A stretch of 64,000 nucleotides of DNA from a virus (Duplodnaviria > Heunggongvirae > Uroviricota > Caudoviricetes), in the IMG/VR virus record IMGVR_UViG_2737471993_000002; one strand, written 5' to 3'. Position numbers and translations under genes: made by a program. Numbering within the stretch: the first letter of the stretch is position 1; every line of letters starts with the position of its first letter. Below are positions 9,201 through 18,179 of the stretch, piece after piece. Under the pieces are notes generated by a model that searched no databases, was not told where the DNA came from, and was given only the letters and a program-made list of their open reading frames with translations.

Positions 9201-10812
9201 GAAACTGGCAGCCGGATACCAGAAGGCTCTGGACAAAGCCGATCAGCTTATGGGGCAAATGGGTGAAAGCTCTAAGGCTACGGTATCGTTTGATCAGTCT
9301 CTTCGCGATACAACGAAATCGCTGACAGATTTGGCTAATGCGGTTCCTAACGAGTTCATCACTCAAGAGATGATCGACAAGGCGAAAAAACGTCTTGAAG
9401 ACCTCAAAAATGCGACACCTGAATATCGCGAGATGTTTAATCGCCGCAATGTTGAGCAGATGATCTCCACTTGGGCACCGGAGGCGGATTCCATTATTAG
9501 TGCTGGCTATACGCCGTCTCGCGAAGAGAAAGTTGCTGATTTCGAAGACACCTACAACCGCAATCTCAAAGCGTTGATAGAACTTCGTGATAAGGCGTCT
9601 GATCCTAAAGTTGTGGCGCTTTATACAAAGAAAATCAATCAACTGATTGCTGCTGGCAATACCGCGCTTATTAAAGAGACGGGGACTGCGACGCAGAAGT
9701 TGGCACTGGAATACGAAAACTTGGCAGAGCAGATCGAAAGCACCTGGACTGATTTGTTTAGTGGCTTAACTGATGTCCTGACTGATTTCGTTATTAACGG
9801 GAAGATGAGCTTCTCCAGCCTATCTCAGTCCATTTTGAAAGATATCACCAATATGGTCGTGAAGTCGCAAATCACGCTGCCTCTAATGAACATGTTGGGG
9901 ATGGGAACCACCGCAGCTGGTAGTTCACAGAGTGGCAATTTGCTCACTGGAGTTGCTTCTGCCGTTGCCAATCAAGGTGTACGAATGGGCAACACTGTTA
10001 ATGGCGACAAGTCGGTAGGAGAAGCCACGAAGGAGACGTCCAGTTCGGTAACTGGATTGGGGCAAACAACACAGCAGACCACCAGCGCAATTGGCACAGC
10101 AACAAATGCGATTGGTAGCTGGGTATCGGGGCTATTTGATAGCACCGAAGCCAAAGATGCTGAGACAAAAGCAGTGAAGGACTCCATCTTCTCGATGCAG
10201 AACCTCAGCTCTGTTACCGGCGCTCTGTCTGCCGCGTTTGCAATGCTTGGAGCTAATGCTTCCGGCTCTGGTAATAAGTGGTTGAATTTCGGCGCGACAG
10301 TTGCATCTGGTTTGGTTTCAGTATGGGCTGGTGGTGGATTCGATGGATTGATGTCCGGTTCTTCTGGCTCAACTTCCGGGTTCAACAATCTGACCAGTTC
10401 TGCTGCCGATGGCACGAATGGTATTCCTGCAATTCCGAAGTTTGCAAATGGTGGCATATTCGGAAAAGACGGCGTGATCCCGCTCCGGGCATACCAGAAA
10501 GGCGGTATCGCCAACTCACCTCAATTGGCGTTGTTTGGGGAAGGCGATATGAATGAGGCGTATGTTCCATTGCCTGATGGTCGAACAATCCCTGTAACGC
10601 TCAGTACCGATGGTATGAGTGGAGGAGGAAATGTTCTTTCTCCGGTATCAATTGAGATCAACGTCCATAGTGACGGTAGCACAACTGAATCCGGCGATAC
10701 AGAAAGCATATGGAACAATGCCGCTCAACGGATGAAAGCAATCGCGCTTGAGACTATCGCTCAAGAGAAACGCCCTGGCGGATCACTCAACCCAAACACT
10801 CAACGTAACTAA
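6220..10812 (+). CDS. tail tape measure protein
   Basis: 1530-aa protein, largely predicted alpha-helical with Gly-rich and hydrophobic segments, in the canonical position after the chaperones. Confidence 0.85.
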   Translation: MAEDDKGMSQNVEFILSLEDKQFTASIDRAGKLLTRFGEQVTKPAQKIQTFERSLGSVARIIGVLESKLDSTADKLQDVAAGFELASDATRKMRGNITSLNSGLKALIERVDTTTSSVDKLTASLRKVQSELNDFSDWATYASKSASRFGTEVKEASVSVSGMNTRLNTTTKRLSNWGVTTSQAAEGLKKVREQMDEVIGRQQLISKPVRVRTSGSGDGGSGRRSGASGHSGKSNEGGMFSGLRGNIFLLGEIGDAARTVTDIMFGWQKPIVEAAAEMERMRVMLRGLNKEKSNPGQAAADDMKYIVDMAQNAPFAMQALTDSFVKFRSAGLDPTDGSLKALVDSVARFGGDSELLKRAAVAVQQMSGKGVVSMEELRQQLGEAVPNAMQAMADAAGITMGELTKAVASGTVEAKQALSLMFVGLRAENENAAKDMMQTYTGALAQLQTSFTLFADRVGQAGYLDSLSKGMKELASIMNSAEGISFANSLGSGLTTAIDGLRQLAQWLAKNQELVINLGKVVAAMVAFKLMRAGIMGVVGAGSQMVSTFATMATAIQTPFNLGATAVTRFNRAARMGLAPIPSLIFAIRGAITGLKGAFAGLTAFIAANPIGAAFTVATVAVAGLITYMTMLRSETSKVVDEIRKIPEAMTAAKRAQMADRAEKLEKQILADQRALKTGEGVNYVSNSAGVITHKESKADIEARLKKNQEEYQKITGTIALGDGAVAKRLAKEAAESQIEKIRAENQIFAATFVKARQEALDKIQKINDDGSLSDDEKNKLLAPLRETVNKSYLEPAQKLVDSLSSRKNATEKQIATLNDQLEKAKKDGNTEQIQKLQGSIRGYQEHLEAVAQELTQAEFERDNAAKTGKGVMSNQGTVLGLGTTDKAAQKALAQYMRNQMDSATYQRTLPDGTPMMDFEGKPIIGPKQLKTQLNLQKASSASSLEKMSDEERAAAIAALTKAREQDAAAAEKAAQRSANASQRAAKKEQAAQQKLAAGYQKALDKADQLMGQMGESSKATVSFDQSLRDTTKSLTDLANAVPNEFITQEMIDKAKKRLEDLKNATPEYREMFNRRNVEQMISTWAPEADSIISAGYTPSREEKVADFEDTYNRNLKALIELRDKASDPKVVALYTKKINQLIAAGNTALIKETGTATQKLALEYENLAEQIESTWTDLFSGLTDVLTDFVINGKMSFSSLSQSILKDITNMVVKSQITLPLMNMLGMGTTAAGSSQSGNLLTGVASAVANQGVRMGNTVNGDKSVGEATKETSSSVTGLGQTTQQTTSAIGTATNAIGSWVSGLFDSTEAKDAETKAVKDSIFSMQNLSSVTGALSAAFAMLGANASGSGNKWLNFGATVASGLVSVWAGGGFDGLMSGSSGSTSGFNNLTSSAADGTNGIPAIPKFANGGIFGKDGVIPLRAYQKGGIANSPQLALFGEGDMNEAYVPLPDGRTIPVTLSTDGMSGGGNVLSPVSIEINVHSDGSTTESGDTESIWNNAAQRMKAIALETIAQEKRPGGSLNPNTQRN

Positions 10813-10854
10813 CTATCGACTGCCCCGACCGGGGCAGTCTCACAAGGATGTGAG

Positions 10855-11190
10855 ATGGAAAGACAAACGTTTAATTGGTATCCAGATTACGAATCTGAAA
10901 AAAGCGTAAAACCGAATGTAACGGTACTTAATTTTGGTGATGACTACGAGCAGCGACAGGCTCAAGGTCTTAATCGTATTAAAGAAGAATGGTCGTTAAC
11001 CTTTACCAGATCATACAACGAAATTAATGCAATCGATGACTTCCTGACTGAGCGATCAGGCGTTGAATCGTTCTATTGGGTTAATCCAAGAGGCAAGCAG
11101 ATTGTAGTTGTATGTGACAGTCATACGGTCAAGCGATATCAGGGGTACTGTGTCTTAACTGCTACATTCAGACAAGTATTTGAGGCTTAA
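10855..11190 (+). CDS. minor tail protein (lambda gpM-like)
   Basis: 111-aa ORF immediately after the tape measure gene, matching gpM in size and position. Confidence 0.55.
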   Translation: MERQTFNWYPDYESEKSVKPNVTVLNFGDDYEQRQAQGLNRIKEEWSLTFTRSYNEINAIDDFLTERSGVESFYWVNPRGKQIVVVCDSHTVKRYQGYCVLTATFRQVFEA

Positions 11191-11272
11191 GTATCTGGAT
11201 AAGTAAGTACTAATTTACTATCATTGTGGCGCTGACAGGATGTCAGCGCCTACTTATTTCAAGGATGAAACA

Positions 11273-11971
11273 ATGGGAATTAAAGCTGATATTCAGAGCT
11301 TATCTCCCTCTGCACTCATTGAGTTGTTCGTACTGGATATGTCGAACACAACTTCAGGGGGGAAGCTATTCTTCCACGCCGGAACAAACGAACTGATGCA
11401 ACCGGTCGTCTGGCAAGGAGTGACATACGAGCCGTGGCCAATCAAAGCATCAGGCTTTGACAAAACTGGCCAGGGAACGTTGCCACGTCCAAAAATTCAG
11501 GTATCGAACTTTGCCGGAACCGTCTCTGCGGAAGTTCAGGCGAACGACGATCTTGTTGGCTGCCGCATTATTCGCAAGATGACGCTGGCTCGCTTCCTCG
11601 ATGCCGTTAATTTTAAAGACGGCAACCCAACAGCAGATCCAAACCAACATTTCCCGGATGAAATGTGGTTTATCGAACAGAAAACTCTCGAAACTCATCA
11701 GGTTGTCGAGTTTGAATTGTCCAGTGTGTTCGATTTGATGGGGGTGCAACTGCCGTATCGTCAGATCATTAAAAACACCTGCCCGTGGAAATACCGAGGG
11801 CCAGAATGCGGCTATACCGGTCCATATTTCGACAAAAATAACCAGCAGACGTCTATGTCTGGTGCGGATTACTGCACAAAACGTTATGACGCCTGTAATG
11901 CGCGTCGGAATTATTTTGCCGACGGTGTGATCCATTTTGGCGGATTTATTGGAGCTACGCGGTATGGGTAA
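11273..11971 (+). CDS. minor tail protein (lambda gpL-like)
   Basis: Cys cluster CPWKYRGPECGY...C...C as in gpL-family proteins. The likely start at 11273 follows a 10-bp hairpin and an AAGGA site; the track ORF begins at 11240. Confidence 0.65.
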   Translation: MGIKADIQSLSPSALIELFVLDMSNTTSGGKLFFHAGTNELMQPVVWQGVTYEPWPIKASGFDKTGQGTLPRPKIQVSNFAGTVSAEVQANDDLVGCRIIRKMTLARFLDAVNFKDGNPTADPNQHFPDEMWFIEQKTLETHQVVEFELSSVFDLMGVQLPYRQIIKNTCPWKYRGPECGYTGPYFDKNNQQTSMSGADYCTKRYDACNARRNYFADGVIHFGGFIGATRYG

Positions 11972-12761
11972 TAAAGCAATCCCTGAGCTTGGCTCTGACG
12001 TTATGCAGCAAATCTATCTCTGCGCCATAAATCGCTACCCTAATGAAGCGTGTGGCTTTCTGGTTAGAACTAATGGCGACAAATATCGCTTTATGGAAGC
12101 GCGGAATGTTTCGGAGAACCCGCAGAACACTTTTGTAATGCACGTTGACGACATTATGGCGGCAGAGGATGCGGGTGATGTTATCGCAATCTGGCATTCA
12201 CATACTGATGAATCAGCAGAAGCATCTGATGCCGATCGTGCAGGCTGCGAAGCGACGGAAGTTCCGTGGATGATTCTGGCTATTCGCAAGAATGTTGAGG
12301 GAGATGCCCCTTTCCATTTTAGCGAGATGAATGTGATCACACCTGATGGTTTCGAAATGCCATACCTGGGCAGACCGTATGTATTTGGCGTATTCGATTG
12401 CTGGATGTTGTGTCGGGACTATTTGAAGCGTGAGTTTAACGTCGAACTAAACCCGAACGCACACCTGCATATTCCATCGTGGTACACCGGCGATAACGAC
12501 ATTCTCGATCAGAACTACCGTAACGAGGGATTGGTGCGTCTTGCGCCCGGAACAGAGCCTCAACGTGGGGACATCTTCTTTATCCAATACGGGAAAATGC
12601 CCGACCACTGCGCGGTTTATATCGGCGATGGAATGATTCTTCATCACCAGATCGACCGCCTTAGTTGTCGTGCTTATTACGGCGGAATGTATCAGAAACA
12701 TACGACGCATCACTTGCGTCACAGAGACTTGCTCAAGGGAGATGAGACGTGTCTGAGTTAG
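11937..12761 (+). CDS. tail assembly protein (lambda gpK-like) with MPN/JAB and NlpC/P60-type peptidase motifs
   Basis: HSHTDESAEASDAD resembles a JAMM motif; a downstream Cys/His segment (DCWMLCRDY...H) resembles NlpC/P60; position between L-like and I-like genes. Confidence 0.65.
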   Translation: MADLLELRGMGNKAIPELGSDVMQQIYLCAINRYPNEACGFLVRTNGDKYRFMEARNVSENPQNTFVMHVDDIMAAEDAGDVIAIWHSHTDESAEASDADRAGCEATEVPWMILAIRKNVEGDAPFHFSEMNVITPDGFEMPYLGRPYVFGVFDCWMLCRDYLKREFNVELNPNAHLHIPSWYTGDNDILDQNYRNEGLVRLAPGTEPQRGDIFFIQYGKMPDHCAVYIGDGMILHHQIDRLSCRAYYGGMYQKHTTHHLRHRDLLKGDETCLS

Positions 12762-13342
12762 TTCATGTGCAGCTTGGCGGCCCTATGGCCAAACATTTTG
12801 GCCGCCACTGGCATCTAAAGGTGCGCAATACAAAACAGGCTCTGGATTTAATTGAGGCCAACAAGCCTGGGTTTAAAGCATGGATGAAGCGCAATATCAA
12901 AACCTATGACCGTTACCACATCCAGATCACCAATAAACAGGGCCACAAGTGGTCTGTTGACGAAAGTGAATATCAGATGATGGGGCAGTCTGACAACATT
13001 GCCAAAATCCGCATTACACCTGTTCCGCGAGGAAGCGGTGGATCTGCTTTTGGGTGGTTTCAGACGGTAGTAGGGGCCGCTTTGTTGGTTGTATCGGCGG
13101 TAGTGATGCCTGCTTTAGCACCTCTCGGTTTGTCACTGATGATGGGCGGCATATCACAAATCATATCGCCGCAAGCCACTAACGAAAGTGTGAGACAGGC
13201 AGATAACTCGAACTCTTATTATTTCGACGGCCCTCAAAATACAGAAAACCAGGGCAACCCAGTACAACTTATCTATGGCGAGGAAATTCTGGTTGGCTCA
13301 CAGGTTGTGAGTTCTTCAATCACGATTGACCAGCTAATGTAA
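12749..13342 (+). CDS. tail assembly protein (lambda gpI-like)
   Basis: 197-aa ORF with a hydrophobic segment, directly upstream of the J-like gene. Confidence 0.55.
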   Translation: MSELVHVQLGGPMAKHFGRHWHLKVRNTKQALDLIEANKPGFKAWMKRNIKTYDRYHIQITNKQGHKWSVDESEYQMMGQSDNIAKIRITPVPRGSGGSAFGWFQTVVGAALLVVSAVVMPALAPLGLSLMMGGISQIISPQATNESVRQADNSNSYYFDGPQNTENQGNPVQLIYGEEILVGSQVVSSSITIDQLM

Positions 13343-13353
13343 ACAAGGATTTT

Positions 13354-16300
13354 TTGAACATGGAACAGTTCAAGAAGAAAAAGCTACCGCTGTTTATTGC
13401 CGGTGCGGGTGGTAAAAAAAGCAGCAAAAGCTCCAGCCGTACACCGGTTGAAGCCGACGATACCGTAAATTCTCGTGCAATGGCCGCTATCCTCGATCTT
13501 CTTGGGGAAGGGGTAATTGGCGGCTTAGTAAATGGCGCAAGATCTATTTTTATCGACGATCTGCCGATTGTAAATGAAGACGGTTCCTCCAACTTCAGCG
13601 GAATCACATGGGATTTTCGCGACGGTTCGCAAGACCAAACTCCAATGTCTGGCTTTGATTTCGTTGAAACGCCTAAATCCGTCAATATCCAGTTAAAAAA
13701 AACACATTATGTAACGGTTTCAATCGATAACGATGAAGCTGATCGGGTTCGTGTCATCATGAAGTTTCCTTCTTTGCGAAGCATAGATAAAAAAACTGGT
13801 GACACGAACGGTACAACCGTTGAGTACAAGTTCCAGATAGCAAATGGCGACTCAACATTTGTAGATGTGGTCGCGGAAGGTGAAAAAAGCGTTGGCATTA
13901 AGCTAACAGCAAAGAAGACCGGCGTTTATTACCGTAGCTACGAGCTGAAGCTGCCTAAGCCTGGACGCGCATACAAGGTTCGTGTAGTCCGTATTACCGA
14001 TGATAACAGTAGCCAGTATCTCTATAACGATACATGGGTGGATTCAATCGGGGAAATTGTCGATACACCGATGAACTATCCAAACTCTGTTTTGGTTGGA
14101 TTGAAGGTAAACTCTGAGCAATTCGGCAGCACCATGCCATCTCGCTCTTATCTGGTGCGTGGCCTAAAAATTCGAGTACCTTCAAACTATAACGAGTCCA
14201 GTAACACTTACGCTGGGGTATGGGATGGCACTTTTAAGCTGTTGTCTTCTTCGAACCCCGCGTGGATTCTCTTTGATTTGCTGACCAATGCTCGATATGG
14301 CCTTGGTCAGTATGTGTCGGAATCTATGATTGACCTTGGCCAGTTGTACCAGATTGGTCGATATTGTGACGAAGAGGTCGATGATGGCTTTGGTGGCAAA
14401 GAGAAACGCTTTGCAATCAATACGCAGATCACCAGTCGACAGGACGCATACCGACTAATTCAGGATATTGCTGGAGCATTCCGCGGCATGGTGTTTTGGG
14501 CTGGTGGGATGGTTAACATCATGCAGGATAGCCCATCAGATCCGGTAATGATGTTTACCAACTCTAACGTCAAAGATGGATTGTTTACCTATAAAGGTTC
14601 TGCGCGTAAAGATCGCCCATCCGTTGCGCTCGTAACCTACAACAACAAGGAGGACGGTTATAAGCAAAACATCGAGTACGTTGAAGATCAGGACGCAATG
14701 CGCCGTTATGGTGAGCGTAAGACAGAAGTCGTAGCATTTGGCTGTACAAGCCGAGGGCAGGCTCACCGAGTTGGTTTATGGCTTTTATATACCGCCAGAA
14801 TGGAGTCGGATGTAATTACATTTACTGCCGGCTTAGACGCGTCATTTCTGATGCCTGGTGAAACCGTTCTGATTCAGAACAAATATCGCGCAGGCAAACG
14901 TAACTCAGGTCGAATTGTGGCGTTTACCAAAAACAGCGTCACACTCGATGCGCCTGTGTCGTTAGCCAAAGGCGGCTGCTTTATTCGAATACTGAATCAG
15001 GAAGGCAAAATCGTTGAACGCGATGTTCTTGAAACTGGCGAAAATATAACAAAAGTTACGTTTTCAAAAGCCCTGTCTTCGGCTGAAACGCCTGTTTTGA
15101 ACGGCGTCTGGACTATTACAGAACCAGACCTCGAACCTATGCGCGTTCGCATCGTTAACATCGCGCAGGGGGAAACGCCGGGTAGCTTTGACATCACCGC
15201 TGTTGAGAACAATCCGTCTAAATATGAGGCGATCGACAATGGTGCAACGCTTATCCCGCAAAATACGACGGTATTGGACCCGACTTACTCCAAGCCGTCT
15301 AATTTGCAAATCACCGAAGGGACTTATCTCTCAAGCCCTGGCAACCTGTCAGTAAAACTGACTGCAACATGGGAAGGGAAATCTCCAGAGTATTGGATCA
15401 GTTGGCGACGTTCTGATGAAAACAATGTATCGAACTGGCAATCGGCGCGTGTAACCGAAGAGCAATACGAAATCGTTAATGTTGCGGAGAATGGACGCTA
15501 CGACTTCCAGCTGTATGCGGTTTCATTCAACGGTAAAAAAACAGAGATTATCAGTACCGTTTATCAGGTGCTGGGCACAATGACACCGCCAGATGCCCCA
15601 ACGTCATTAACGGCCGTTGGAGACTATCGTAATGTGATACTGAATTGGGTTAATCCAGATTCGGTAGACCTTGATCACATTAATGTTTACGCGTCCCAGA
15701 CCAATAATCTGGATACGGCGAAACTGATCGCAGAGTCTGCAAGCACCACCTTTACACATGCTGGTCTTGGGGATAGCGAAACGTGGTATTACTGGGTTCG
15801 AGCATCGAACAAGCGAGGTATGTTAAGTCCTCCGAACTCAAACTTGGGTACAGAGGCGACAACTCGCGATGTACTGTCGTTCCTGACTGGCAAAATTACA
15901 TCTTCCGAGCTTGGTCAGGCTCTGCTTGAGGACATCAACAGCAAAGCCTCTCAAGAAGCCGTTGACGAGTTAAATGAGCATATCAACCAGAGCGTCGAAT
16001 CTTTGGAGGGGGCGGTAAACGACGTTAAGGAAGATATAGCTGAATTAGATAAGCAGTTCAGCGATAACCTCGCGGATTTTGAAATAAAATTCAACGAGCG
16101 TAGCGATGCTTTGGAGAACGCACAAACCGAGCTTAAAGGTGAGGTTTCGGCAACGATCGACAAGGTCAATGAAGCGTTTGAAAAAATTGATGCTACTGAT
16201 GCTGCAATTGTTGAAATCGAAAATACCGTATCTGAACACGATAAAGCTCTCGCTAATACAGTCGAGGCAATAAAGGCTGCAAGAGATGAAGCGGCGGCTC

Positions 16301-18087
16301 TTATTGCTAAGGAAAGCGAGGCTCGTGTTGAAGGCGATGCTGCAAACGCTAAACAACTGGAAGTGTTGCAGTCAACGGTAGAGGAAAGCTCCGCTGCCGT
16401 TGAAGAAATGAAAAAGACGGTTGCAGAGGTCGATCGTGCAAGTGCAGAACTGACTACGAACATTGAGGCGTTAGCCAAAACAAATATTGACCTGGCTCTT
16501 CGTCAAGATGAAGACCAGCACAAGCAGATGGTCAATAACGCGAAGATCGCAACAACACAGAAAACCTTTGCTGATGATATGTCTGCAATGGCTACGAAGG
16601 TTGAAGAAATTCGCGTAGAAATTGGCGAAGACATTAAGGCCAGTATTCTGGAAGAGTCCACCGCGCGTGCCGATGGCGATGAAGCGTTAGCAAAGCGTGT
16701 CACTCAGCTGCAATCTAAGTTTGAAGGAGATATCAGCGCGGCGATTAGTACAGAACAGGAGGCTCGTACATCTGCCGATGAAGCTTTGACGAAACAAATA
16801 ACTCAGCTTGAGTCGAAAGTAAGCAACGATATTGTCGCAGCCATTAAGGAAGAGCAAGAAGCCCGAGCAACGGAAGATTCGGCTCTGGCAAGCCAGATCA
16901 CCCAACTTCAGGCAAAAGTTGATGATGATATTTCTGCTGCAATACGCAGTGAGCAGGAGGCTCGTGCGAGCGGAGACTCTGCGTTAGCTAAACAAATAAA
17001 CCAGCTTCAAGCAAAGGTTGACGGTGATATATCCGCCGCCATCACTCAGGAGCAGGAGGCCAGAGCAAGTGCTGACGAGGCGCTCTCACGAGAAATTAAC
17101 AGCCTGCGGGCGCAGACCGGAACTGACATTGCCGCAGCCGTTGCTGTAGAGACAAAGGCAAGGACTGATGCCGATAGTGCATTGTCTACCCAGATTACGT
17201 CTCTTACAGCAAAAGCTAATGATCTCGAGGCGTCTCTTGCCAGAGAAACAACGGCTCGTGCTGATGGTGATACCGCTTTAACAAAAGAGGTTTCAAGTTT
17301 AAAAGCACAGACAGCGAAAGATATTAGTGCGGCCGTTGCAGTTGAAACGCAGGCTCGAACTGATGCTGACTCGGCGTTGTCGTCTCAGATCACCAAGCTG
17401 ACCTCTCAATACAAAGAGGATATTAAAGCGGCTGTAGCAACCGAAACGAAAACGCGTACAGAGCAAGATGCTGCATTGGCGACTCAAATCACAAACTTAG
17501 AGTCTCAAACGGCAGCCAACATTTCCGCGGCGGTAACAACTGAAACGACAGCGAGAACGCAGGCAGATAATGCTCTGAGTGGGCGAATCGATACTCTGAA
17601 AGCAGAGGTGGATGGAAATACCGCGACAATTCAACAGCAGGCAACAGCTATTGCTGATACCAACAAAAAAGTGTCAACCGCGTGGACGTTGAAAATGGAA
17701 ACTTCAACGAGCGGAGGGCAGAAGTATGTTGCTGGTATTGCGCTTGGTATCGACACCACTGGCCTTTCTCAGTTTTTGGTGCAGGCTGACAGGTTTGGTT
17801 TGGTCAACTCTGTTAACGGGAAGATCACCACGCCATTTGTTATCGAAAACAGTATCGCCTATATGAATGGTGCGTATATCAAGGATGGCACAATCACCAA
17901 TGCAAAAGTAGGCGATCTGCAATCTACCAATTTTGTTAGCGGTAGATCTGGATGGCGGTTCGGCAAAAATGGAACGCTTGAGATCAACGGTAATAGCGGG
18001 GGTAATGGGCGACTGGTCATAAATGGTCAGCGGATTGACGTTTATGACGATAACAACGTCCTACGAGTAAGAATTGGCCTTCTGTAA
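13354..18087 (+). CDS. central tail fibre / host specificity protein (lambda gpJ-like)
   Basis: 1577-aa protein after the K/I-like genes; a fibronectin-III-like region and about ten ~32-aa coiled-coil repeats in the C-terminal third. Confidence 0.8.
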   Translation: MNMEQFKKKKLPLFIAGAGGKKSSKSSSRTPVEADDTVNSRAMAAILDLLGEGVIGGLVNGARSIFIDDLPIVNEDGSSNFSGITWDFRDGSQDQTPMSGFDFVETPKSVNIQLKKTHYVTVSIDNDEADRVRVIMKFPSLRSIDKKTGDTNGTTVEYKFQIANGDSTFVDVVAEGEKSVGIKLTAKKTGVYYRSYELKLPKPGRAYKVRVVRITDDNSSQYLYNDTWVDSIGEIVDTPMNYPNSVLVGLKVNSEQFGSTMPSRSYLVRGLKIRVPSNYNESSNTYAGVWDGTFKLLSSSNPAWILFDLLTNARYGLGQYVSESMIDLGQLYQIGRYCDEEVDDGFGGKEKRFAINTQITSRQDAYRLIQDIAGAFRGMVFWAGGMVNIMQDSPSDPVMMFTNSNVKDGLFTYKGSARKDRPSVALVTYNNKEDGYKQNIEYVEDQDAMRRYGERKTEVVAFGCTSRGQAHRVGLWLLYTARMESDVITFTAGLDASFLMPGETVLIQNKYRAGKRNSGRIVAFTKNSVTLDAPVSLAKGGCFIRILNQEGKIVERDVLETGENITKVTFSKALSSAETPVLNGVWTITEPDLEPMRVRIVNIAQGETPGSFDITAVENNPSKYEAIDNGATLIPQNTTVLDPTYSKPSNLQITEGTYLSSPGNLSVKLTATWEGKSPEYWISWRRSDENNVSNWQSARVTEEQYEIVNVAENGRYDFQLYAVSFNGKKTEIISTVYQVLGTMTPPDAPTSLTAVGDYRNVILNWVNPDSVDLDHINVYASQTNNLDTAKLIAESASTTFTHAGLGDSETWYYWVRASNKRGMLSPPNSNLGTEATTRDVLSFLTGKITSSELGQALLEDINSKASQEAVDELNEHINQSVESLEGAVNDVKEDIAELDKQFSDNLADFEIKFNERSDALENAQTELKGEVSATIDKVNEAFEKIDATDAAIVEIENTVSEHDKALANTVEAIKAARDEAAALIAKESEARVEGDAANAKQLEVLQSTVEESSAAVEEMKKTVAEVDRASAELTTNIEALAKTNIDLALRQDEDQHKQMVNNAKIATTQKTFADDMSAMATKVEEIRVEIGEDIKASILEESTARADGDEALAKRVTQLQSKFEGDISAAISTEQEARTSADEALTKQITQLESKVSNDIVAAIKEEQEARATEDSALASQITQLQAKVDDDISAAIRSEQEARASGDSALAKQINQLQAKVDGDISAAITQEQEARASADEALSREINSLRAQTGTDIAAAVAVETKARTDADSALSTQITSLTAKANDLEASLARETTARADGDTALTKEVSSLKAQTAKDISAAVAVETQARTDADSALSSQITKLTSQYKEDIKAAVATETKTRTEQDAALATQITNLESQTAANISAAVTTETTARTQADNALSGRIDTLKAEVDGNTATIQQQATAIADTNKKVSTAWTLKMETSTSGGQKYVAGIALGIDTTGLSQFLVQADRFGLVNSVNGKITTPFVIENSIAYMNGAYIKDGTITNAKVGDLQSTNFVSGRSGWRFGKNGTLEINGNSGGNGRLVINGQRIDVYDDNNVLRVRIGLL

Positions 18088-18136
18088 TGTAGAAAAAAAT
18101 ATTTATATCGGTAAAAATAAGTAGGTACATACTTAA

Positions 18137-18159
18137 TGGTGGGCAAGGATAGCCCACCA
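18137..18159 (+). other. stable hairpin between the J-like and tail fibre genes
   Basis: Stem TGGTGGGC / GCCCACCA with a 7-nt loop, followed by CAAGGAG and the ATG at 18180; no T-run. Confidence 0.45.
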
Positions 18160-18179
18160 AATCAAGGAGCATATTCAAC

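Noticed and set aside
6354-10718. Multiple ORFs antisense to or out of frame with the tape measure gene (e.g. 6613..7152, 7734..8180, 9151..9642, 9972..10514)
   Set aside because: All are fully contained in the 4.6-kb tape measure ORF, have no start context, and the forward gene is continuous and has recognisable features.
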